Part shown: in pieces, positions 54,411 through 64,000 of the stretch
Layout: each line of letters opens with the position of its first letter
Position numbering within the stretch: position 1 is the first letter of the stretch
From: Octopus bimaculoides
Lineage: Eukaryota
Reading direction: 5' to 3'
DNA: 64,000 nucleotides
Assembly (NCBI RefSeq): GCF_001194135.2
Contig: NC_068994.1
Coordinates: 37,934,164 to 37,998,163 of the forward strand
Position numbers and translations under genes: made by a program
The notes under the pieces: generated by a model
The model's database searches: none
Seen by the model: only the letters and a program-made list of their open reading frames with translations
What the model was told of the DNA's origin: nothing

Positions 54411-54928
54411 TTGATAATTTATTTTCAAATGCAGAAATGCCATTAGAACGACAGAAATATTGGGTGAATTACCCTAACAAAGTGGAATAGTTTGTCAACA
54501 AACAGCCATGGGACTCATCTCCACATCTCTTGAAAACTCCAGCCAAGTACTTTACCATTAAACTAAACTGCCCACTGACAAATTAATCCACAAATCTTTA
54601 CACTATAAAGCTGAAAATATAACTATGTGTATATAAGTATAAACAAACTAACCTTTGGTTTTTATAAGCATTGAAATGTGTACTGTAAGATACAATTAAA
54701 ATAATAATTTATTTTCAAACAAAGAAATGTCATTAGAACACAGAAATATTGAGTAAATTACCCACACCTCTTTGTAGATTAATTTGTCAGTGGGCAGTTT
54801 AGGTTGATAGCAAAGCACTTGGCTGGAGTCTTCAAGAGATGTGCTTTTGAGTCTCATGGCTGTTTGTTGACAATTTTTTCCGCATTTACAGTTCTAATGG
54901 CATTTCTACATTTGAAAACAAATTATCA
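54411..54928. mobile_element. MITE-like element with long imperfect terminal inverted repeats and an internal direct copy of the terminus
   Basis: 54492-54594 mirrors 54771-54873; tgataatttattttcaaatgcagaaatgccattagaac mirrors 54891-54928; a direct copy of the terminus lies at ~54710-54762. Confidence 0.75.
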
Positions 54929-55194
54929 TCTTATATGTATCTTACATTACATATTTCAATGCTTTTTATATTCATGTACATGTGTGTATTTGTGTTTTCA
55001 TGTGTGTGTCTGTGTGTGTTTTTTATAATTTTTAGTCAGGTGGAAAGGCAGTGTCCAAGAGCCTTTAGAGAGCCTCTGAGACTGAGAGGGGGAAGGGAGA
55101 GATGGATGGAGAGAAGAAGGTATCAGCAAATCAATAAGCATACCTACTGAAGGTATCCAAGGTGAAAGATGATGATATTAAACCAGGCATGAAT

Positions 55195-55385
55195 TAACCC
55201 ATTTATTACCATATTTCAGTTGAAATACACTGCCTTTATTGCAATTAATTTTGAAAATAATAATTAAGAATTTAGCAAAAAAAAAAGCTTTGTTTTTATT
55301 AAGCTGGTGCTTGGAACATAAATTAGCATATAATTTTGATGGAAAATTTTAATTTAGGACACTTTAAAACAAAAAATTTATCGTA
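55195..55385 (+). mobile_element. Interspersed repeat family F (ttaaccc...gaaatacactgcc...aaattttgatggaa), possibly a DNA-transposon end
   Basis: Similar blocks at ~28065-28260 and at ~36500-36548 plus 37020-37170. Confidence 0.55.
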
Positions 55386-56085
55386 GGACAAGAGGCAGTC
55401 TTATGTGGGCTGGTTACAAAGCCGTTAATCTCTATCATCCAAGTAGACCATTTAGGGATTTCAAACTCAAAATGCAGAAAGGTAGGACAAATACCCCAAG
55501 TCATCTGGTCCCATGTTATAGTCCATTGACCTCAACAGGATTTGAACTCAAAGTGCAGAATGTCAGAACAAATACTGAAGCATTTTTTTTATTCAATGCT
55601 CTAAAAACTCTACCAATTAATGTGTGTGTCTGTGTGTATGTGTGTGTGTAAGTGTATGTGTGTGTGTAAGTGTATGTGTGTGTGTTAATATTTTATTTAA
55701 TTTATTTGATATCATTTGATACCATTATTGTCAGGACCATTTTGAATCATTATTTGAAAGAATTCTGTCTTTTGTAACTTCCTGTTTCATTGAAACAGAA
55801 TAGTTGATCTAAAATCATTTCTAACCACTTACTTACTTGATGATACTTTAGATGTCAGAACGGTTTGGTTTGAATTTCTCATGTGGTTTGGAAGGAACTT
55901 TTGAAAGGCGAAATGGTTACTTTGATGACAGAGAATTGAATTAAATAAATTGTCTCCATAGACTTCATCTTGTTGGCAGATCAATCATTTTGTGACTGAA
56001 GTATGAGCTTTGTATTGTCTTTAGAGTTACAGTGAAAATGTTTCACTTCATTTTGAAGTACAATTTGGCATATTATTATTATTAC

Positions 56086-56116
<31 letters not shown>

Positions 56117-56123
56117 ATTATCG

Positions 56124-56154
<31 letters not shown>

Positions 56155-56184
56155 CGTTATTATTATTATTATTATCATTATTAA

Positions 56185-56845
56185 GATGGCAAGCTGGCAG
56201 AATCATTAGCACACCAGGCAAAATGTTTAGTAGCATTTCATCTGTCCTTATATTTTGAGTTCAAATTCCACCGGGCTCAACTTTGCTTTCATTCTTTTGA
56301 GGTCAATAAAATAAGTACCAGTCAAGTACCAGAGTTGACGTAATCGACGTACCCCCTCCTCCGAAATTGCTGGCCTTGTGCCAAAATTTGAAATTATTAT
56401 TATTATTATCATTATTTTTATTATTAAGCTGGCAAAAGTGTTAGCATGCCAGGTGAAGTGTCTAGCAGCATTTCATGTCTTAACGTCTTGAGTTCAAATT
56501 CTGCCAAGGTCCACTTAGCCTTGCATCCTTTTGAGATCAATAAAATACATATCAGTTGAACATTAAGGGCCGATGTAAATGACTCGCACTCTTCCCCAAA
56601 ATTACTAGAGTTGTGCCAAAACTTGAAACCATTGTTATTGTTGTTGTTGTTGTTGTTGTTAGGAGGGGGAGGAGGGGGAGGAGTAAGTTGGCAGAGTTGT
56701 TAGCATGCTGGGTGAAGTATTCTGCCAAGGTCGACTTTGCCATCCTTTCGGGTCAATGAAATAAGTACCTGTCAAGCACTGGGGTCGATGTAATCAACTA
56801 GTCCCCTCACCCAAAATTTCAGGCCTGGTGCCTTTAGTAGAAAGG

Positions 56846-56940
<95 letters not shown>

Positions 56941-56950
56941 NNNNNNNNNN

Positions 56951-56982
<32 letters not shown>

Positions 56983-56983
56983 G

Positions 56984-57031
<48 letters not shown>

Positions 57032-57165
57032 TTATTAGTAAGCTGGCAGAATTGTTAGCTTGCCAAGCAAAATGCTTAGCAGCATTTCATTCCCCTTCAC
57101 TTTCTGAGTTCATATTCTGCTGAGGCTGACTCTGCCTTTCATCCTTTTGGGGTCAATAAAATAAG
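56185..57165 (+). mobile_element. Head-to-tail chain of four family-A SINEs separated by (ATT)n, (GTT)n and (GTA)n tracts
   Basis: Heads at ~56185, 56427, 56685 and 57040, each followed by the ttcaaattc...ctttgcctttcatcc core. Confidence 0.8.
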
Positions 57166-57317
57166 GCGGAGGAGGAGGAGAAGAAGAAGAAGAAGAGCAC
57201 ATTATGATTTGTAATAAATAGAGATTGTCACTGTTAATAATGTCTATTGTATTGATCGATATTTTGATTGTATGTTCTATATCTTAGAGATGAGGAATTC
57301 TGAACATTATTTACCAC

Positions 57318-57580
57318 GGGCATATAGCATAATGGTTGAGAGCACAGGCTACTAACACCAAGATCCCAAGTGCAATTCCAGGCAGTGCCTTGAATAAATA
57401 ATAATAATAATAATAACAATAATAACATCAGCAAAAAATACCTTAGGAATGTGAACCCTCGGTTGGGTTGAAAATTCCAGCAGGACACCTGTTACCTGAA
57501 GAAGGCTGGAGAGTAAGTCAGCCGAAATGTTGTAACAACAAACAAGGTGAGGACACATATCTGGCCAATGTAAATAATGC
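57318..57580 (+). mobile_element. tRNA-headed SINE-like element (family E) with internal (AAT)n and a Penelope-like 3' end
   Basis: Head with A-box-like tagcataatgg and B-box-like gtgcaattcc; 3' part contains cctgaagaaggc...gccgaaa. Confidence 0.6.
57490..57537 (+). ncRNA. Minimal type I hammerhead-ribozyme-like motif
   Basis: TGTTAC (stem I) CTGAAGA A GGCTG-loop-CAGCC (stem II) GAAA T GTT then GTAACA (stem I partner); predicted cleavage after the GUU at 57531. Confidence 0.55.
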
Positions 57581-57771
57581 AAATAATTTTGACGGTATAT
57601 CTGTCTTCTTCGGGGTTTGAAATGAAAATTGAAAAAATGCAAAGAATACAGAAATACAGTGGCAGCAGTGATGGTGAAGATGGTAGTAGTGACAGTAGTG
57701 AAGGCAGTGGCAATACAGTTTACCACTCCACCCTAGTCAGTCTCAGCTGAACATAAACAGACGTATGATCT

Positions 57772-58462
57772 AAGCTATTCCAGCTATAACAGTTTCATGT
57801 TTTGTATATTTAAAATACCCTTTCTGTTTTTAAAATGGTAATCTCTGACGCAAGAAAGTTATTCATAAACTGTTATTCATAAACTGTTAAGCTATTCCAG
57901 CTATAACAGTTTCATGTTTTGTATATTTAAAATACCCTTTCTGTTTTTAAAATGGTAATCTCTGATGCAAGGNNNNNNNNNNNNNNNNNNNNNNNNNNNN
58001 NNNNNNNNNNNNNNNNNNNNNNNNNNNNNNNNNNNNNNNNNNNNNNNNNNNNNNNNNNNNNNNNNNNNNNNNNNNNNNNNNNNNNNNNNNNNNNNNNNNN
58101 NNNNNNNNNNNNNNNNNNNNNNNNNNNNNNNNNNNNNNNNNNNNNNNNNNNNNNNNNNNNNNNNNNNNNNNNNNNNNNNNNNNNNNNNNNNNNNNNNNNN
58201 NNNNNNNNNNNNNNNNNNNNNNNNNNNNNNNNNNNNNNNNNNNNNNNNNNNNNNNNNNNNNNNNNNNNNNNNNNNNNNNNNNNNNNATTTAAAATACCCT
58301 TTCTGTTTTTAAAATGGTAATCTCTGATGCAAGAAAGTTATTCATAAACTGTTATTCATAAACTGTTAAGCTATTCCAGCTATAACAGTTTCATGTTTTG
58401 TATATTTAAAATACCCTTTCTGTTTTTAAAATGGTAATCTCTGATGCAAGGAAGTTATTCAT
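57772..58462. repeat. Tandem repeat with ~117-bp unit spanning an assembly gap
   Basis: Unit aagctattccagctataacag...ttcataaactgtt starts at 57772, 57889 and 58368; near-identical copies either side of the Ns. Confidence 0.85.
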
Positions 58463-58920
58463 TCTTTTCCTTATTATTTGTTTCGGTCATTTATTTGACT
58501 GTGGCCATGCTGGAGCACCGCCTTTAGTCAAACAAATCGACCTCAGAACTTATAAGAATAAGTACTTACTCTATCAGTCTCTTTTGCCAAACCGCTAAGT
58601 TATGGGGATGTAAACACACCAGCACTTAATTTATTGGGGTCTCTTACGAAACCGCTAAGCTATGGAGACATAGACGCTCCAACACCAGTTGTTGAGTGGT
58701 GGAGGGGGACAAACACAGACACAAAGACACACACATAGATACACACAGACACACACACACACACAGGTGCCATGCAGTGAAACTGAACCCAGAACTATGT
58801 GACTGGGAAGCAAACTTCTTACCACACAGCTATGCCTGTGCCTGTATAATTCTTTTATCCTTTTACTTGTTTCAGTCATTTGACTGCAGCCATGCTGGAC
58901 CACCACCTTGTAATGTTAAA
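58460..58920 (-). mobile_element. Nested or adjacent family-B SINE pieces
   Basis: Two tails (catttgactg.ggccatgctggag) and one body in reverse orientation. Confidence 0.7.
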
Positions 58921-59708
58921 AACAAAATAAAAGTTAGATCCCAAATGGCTTTAGAGCACTCTTGACTCTTATTTTGAGTCACAATGACTCTTGGATTAGT
59001 ATCAGACAAAATGCCTTGTAGCATCTACTTCTAACCTTTTCAATTCCCATCAAGATCATCTTTGGCCTTCATCCATCCAGGGGCCAATGAAGTAGTGTAC
59101 CAATCAAGGATTGGAAATATTATAATTAAGTGATTCTTGTGTCTCCCACATTTCTTTCTTTCATCAAGAGACCACGGGCAAAAAAATCTTACATGAATCT
59201 TTTACATGAAGTTGCACATTGAGGGCAAATGAAACTATATTCCGACTGCCACAGTTTTCTACAGAGGAGTAGTGGCAACCAAAATATTATTAGTTTCGAA
59301 ATAAGGCCATCCAATTGTTATAACTCTCCCTGGTAAATGTAATTTATGGTTGATAGATGGATGATGATGATGATGATGATGATGGCGACGATGTTGATGA
59401 TGATGATACTGGTGGAGATGGGGTGTGCAGGTGACAGGCAATGGTGACGATAACGATAATAATAATGAATAATACTTCAATCACTCTGGATTGAAATATA
59501 TCCTCAGAATTCCAGATGAACACTAGATTATAGCCTTATTTATATATTCTCATTAATCAAAATCATCTCAAGTTGTCAGAATATACACCAGGAGCATTCT
59601 TATTTCTTTCTAACAGAGTTATATTTAGCTGCTAACTAGAGTCTGACGCAAGCTCAAAGTGTTAAACTATCAGACTATCCCTATGAATAATTGATTAATT
59701 ACTGTTTT

Positions 59709-59740
<32 letters not shown>

Positions 59741-59744
59741 TTCT

Positions 59745-59917
59745 TTTACTTGTTTCAGTCACTTGACTGTGGCCATGCTGGAGCACCACCTTTAGTCAAA
59801 CAAATCAACACCGGGACTTACTCTCTGTAATCCCATTGGTCTCCTTTGCCAAACTGCTATGTTACAGGGACGCAAACATGCCAACACTGGCTATCAGGTG
59901 GTGATGGCAGGGGGACA

Positions 59918-59963
<46 letters not shown>

Positions 59964-60090
59964 GGCTTCTTTCAGTTTCCATCTACCAAATCCACTCATA
60001 AAGCTTGGGTTAGCCTAAGGCTAAAAGAGAAGACACTCGCTCAAGGTACCATGCAGTAACACTGAACCCAGAATCATGTGGTATGGCATC
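59745..60090 (-). mobile_element. SINE family B
   Basis: cttgtttcagtcacttgactgtggccatgctggagcaccacc ... ggtaccatgcagtaacactgaaccc. Confidence 0.75.
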
Positions 60091-61761
60091 CATACTACAA
60101 TTATAATTTAACTTTTATCAAATATCTTAGTGCTTATCCATAATGATGATATGAATACAAATTTTTAAAAGAAAAATATCCATTACCTTAAAATAAAATT
60201 AAACAAATAGATTTCTCAATTGAGTAACTCCTCCCATAACTTCTCTCTCATTTACTTTCTATCTTCCACCTACTCTGTCTCTATGATTCTTTATCTCTCT
60301 CACACTATCTATGCATGTGCATGTGTGTGTAGTGGTCTTTATTCATTGCCTGCCACCAAAACTAGTATGTGGACTCAGCTTTCACCTCTTATGTTAACTC
60401 TTTCTGTACTTCTCTTTTTCACTCTTTCCCCACCTCTCTCTATACAATGTATATTGGCTTTTGGTGAAGAAGTAAAATCATTATTATCATGTTGGACAAC
60501 GTAGCATTTCTTCTGCCTAAACAGCATTATTTTTGGTTTTATGTTCTGAGTTCAAATTCAGTTATCTTTTGGAACTTGATAAAATAAGTTCCATTTGAGC
60601 AGCGATGAGGTCGATGTAAATGACTACCCCCATCAAAATTTCAAGCCCTGTGCCTACATTCAAAAAAATTATTCTTATTGATGTTAATTTATTACAATTA
60701 TTAGTTGTAGTAGTAATATATATATATATAGCATCATCATCATCATCATTTAACATCCCTGTTTAATGCTGGCAAGATTTAGTTATATACACACACATAT
60801 ATACACACATACATACATGTATGTATGTATGTGTGTATATGTATATATATATATATATAGATAGATAGATATATATACATACATATATATGAGGCCTCAT
60901 GATGGCAAAGAAGAATAGGCACCAGCCAGCCCAAAGGATGGGATGGGCTGCACCTGCCTACTTTGGTTGCTATAGTATTAAGGTAGATCTGGCCACCCTC
61001 ATTAATGGGGACAAAACCCGGATTTAAAACACTGGATAATGATGATGATATATACATATATATACTGACACTCTGCCAGTGATGACGACGAGGGTTCCAG
61101 TTGACCTGATCACTGGAATAGCCAGCTTGTGAAATTACCATGCAAGCGGCTGAGCACTGCACAGACATGTGTACCCTTAACGTAGTTCTCTGGTAGAATC
61201 AGCGTAGTTCTCTGACAGAATAAGTACTAGGCTAACAAAGAATAAATCCTCTGGTCGATTTTTTCAACCAAAGGCAGTGCTCCAGTATGGCCACAGTCTC
61301 ATGACTGAAACAAGTAAAACACTAAAAAAAACTATGCCATTTTAATCCCGAGCAAGGCTGGGTCTCTTTGCTAGTATGTATGTATGAATGTATGTATGTA
61401 TGTATGTACATACGTACATATGTACATACATATGTATGTATATTTGTATATATGTATGTATGTTTAGATACATATATAAATTAATGAGACAATTATCAGA
61501 AGAAATGTTCTACAATCTCAACCCAATAAAAAATCAATAAGGGAAAGATCAGATGTCTGTTGATCTTTATAAAAATATTTGCAGGCATGAACCAAAAAAA
61601 AAACAATGACTATGCTAGACTGGTTGTTTTGGTAAACTATAAATAATCTTAGTAATCAGCAGCTTTGGAGACTAAAAGATTTCTGAATGGTAGAATTCCA
61701 CCTACAAATAGAAGTGAAAGTTAAGCACAAGTACATCAGTACATTGAAAGATGGTTTACAC

Positions 61762-62395
61762 CAGGGGTTCTCGTCTAGGGTCCATATGGATCCAGAGTGC
61801 CCATGTAAGATTTTGCAGTGTCTACACAGCAAAATAGTAAATTAGCACCTGTTCATGTAAATGGCACCTGTGCATTGTAGTTGTGGTCATTGCCAGTGAC
61901 ATGTAAATGACCCCATGAATCGTAGTCATGGTCATCGCTGGTGTAATGTAAATGAGAGCCATGTCAGTGGCACATAAAAAACCCCCATTACACTCCTGGA
62001 AGGTAGGCATTAGGAATGGCATCCAACTGTAGAAATCATGCCAAATCATACTGGAACCTGGTGCAGCTCTCTTGGCTTATCAGCTCCAGTCAAACCATTT
62101 AATCCATGCCAGCATGGAGAGAGGACGTTAAAAGATGAGGACAATGATGACGATGGTGACGATGATGATGATGATGGATATCCACAATAGCATTTTAAGA
62201 ACCCCTGAAAAAATTCTGCTTTGTTATGTATGTATTGCAAAAACCAGTAACATTTTACATAGTGAAAAACAAAATAGGAATTTTGAAAGAAGTATCTACA
62301 AAACTAGTTTTTAAGCATTGAATGGCCATGGGGGTTCACCACAGTAAAATACTAATCAAAGGGGTTCATAGATAAAAAATGGTTGTGAATCCCTG
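61762..62395. mobile_element. hAT-like MITE interrupted by a family-D SINE (~61830-62175)
   Basis: Ends caggggttctc and ggttgtgaatccctg; 8-bp flanks gtttacac and acttacat match at 5 of 8, consistent with a decayed TSD. Confidence 0.55.
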
Positions 62396-63499
62396 ACTTA
62401 CATAGAAGGTGATCAGCAATTGGAAGTGACATTTTATTAAAATCTTTTACATTCAGTCCAGATGAGAATAATTTCCTCTTGACTCAACCATAGATTCTTT
62501 ATGCAGCTAAGAAGTTAATTTCACAACCATGTAACTTTCAGGAGGGCTCCTCAAGAAATAATTTCCACATAGACCCCCACCACCACATACAGAACTGGCA
62601 CGCATGCACCCAACAAATTTTAACATATAAACAGCTTTCCAAATGCAATGAATAACATTCATGCCAGGGATCATGTATGTATGGGAGTATTTATATATAT
62701 ATATATGTATGTATGTATGTACGTATGTGTCAGGGGATAGATATATATGTGTATGTCCCCCTCACATGTGGTGACAGTGACTGTTGACTATTTTGGTGTG
62801 CATGTGCATCTGGACACACATATGTACTCATCTATCTATGCTTTTGTATCCATATATATCTACGTATGGTTATGTATACATGCACAGGCATGTATATTGG
62901 AGTTTTTATAACTATTTATATGGTTTTATATACTGTTTGTAGGCTTTTTTATGTGCCTTATATTTTTATATTTTCATTTTTTATTTTTTTATTTTTACTT
63001 TATTCTTATTTTATATTTGTATTGAATTTTGTAAATCTCTGAATAGACCTAGCGAATCATGCATGTACCCCCATTACATCATTTTCATCTACTAATTACT
63101 CCAGCGTACAGGAGCTATAGAGATAGAATGGGGCACGCCAACGCTAGGCCGAAACAGCTGTAAGTTTCGCTTAATGTCCTTTATATTTGAAATCTTAATT
63201 GTTAATATGACATGGTATGTCATTAGTGTCTGTATATTGTGTTTTTTTGTCAATTTAGTTATAAAATAAACAGATTAAACAATGGAATACATTGTCTGCA
63301 AGTTGATGGGTACCGCATATTCTCCTCCATTTTCTCATTGCTATATAAATTCAGGGTAAAATAACCCCCTTTTACCCTCACCCACTTATTGCACTTGATA
63401 TAACACTAGTGTAACAATAATTGGGTACCCTCCCAGCAGTATATTGGATAGATACTATCCCTTAGTGGGTTGAATCCTCAACTCCTAACTCTTTTGGAT

Positions 63500-63544
<45 letters not shown>

Positions 63545-63806
63545 ATGTATATATATTCTAAATAATTGATATGGAAGACATAGTAAGCTGGAAAATTTAT
63601 TTATCACAACAATCTTTCCAACATAATTCTGCACTGCTCCCTAGTGGGTGGGGAATGATATAATGAATTCTAACTTACCTTACAGTGCAGAAATGCCTCA
63701 TCAGGTAGATATAATAGGATTCCAACATGCTTTGCTGGCACACTACTTGGGATACACCCAAAATACAGTTTAGATGCAAAATTTCAGATCTAAATTTTAA
63801 TCATAA

Positions 63807-63881
<75 letters not shown>

Positions 63882-64000
63882 CAACAGAAACAGCATGAAT
63901 ACCAGAAGGTAATATTTATATAGTTATATCCACTTTTAAGTGGGGACAAATATTATGTCCCATAAGAGATCAATCAATAAAATAATTACCAGATTTCAGA

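Noticed and set aside
56040-57200. Repeat-spacer-like periodicity resembling a CRISPR array
   Set aside because: Eukaryotic SINE copies separated by microsatellites; no constant repeat/unique spacer structure and no cas genes.
63100-63480. Possible second hammerhead half (ggccGAAACAGCTGTA palindrome) and a Penelope-like YWIDTIP/SGLN fragment
   Set aside because: No intact CUGANGA or matching stem II upstream; the peptide match needs a frameshift and is short.

Overview
AT-rich, microsatellite-dense metazoan DNA with about a dozen N gaps. The SINE set, simple-repeat load and gene type point to an octopus (coleoid cephalopod) genome; this is an inference. One protein-coding gene is supported, a minus-strand protocadherin. 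Its large exon (ATG at 52444 to donor at 50114) encodes a signal peptide, 6 EC repeats, a TM helix and the start of the tail. I join it across a ~23.1 kb intron to two small cytoplasmic exons (26994-26829 and 26242-25992) whose splice sites and phases match exactly, giving a ~915 aa protein. Almost all other ORF-track entries are microsatellite or transposon artefacts. The rest is repeats: at least five tRNA-headed or LINE-tailed SINE-like families, a Tigger/pogo transposase relic, a Tc1/mariner end, an RTE relic, three R4/Dong-like retrotransposon relics stacked in (AAT)n arrays, MITEs, long foldbacks and tandem repeats. The most notable observations are the distant cytoplasmic exons, a non-canonical EC3-EC4 calcium linker, a hammerhead-ribozyme-shaped motif in a tRNA-headed SINE, the R4/Dong nest, and several long intronic hairpins that are candidate ADAR substrates. 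SINE family letters A-F are my own labels, and repeat boundaries are approximate.
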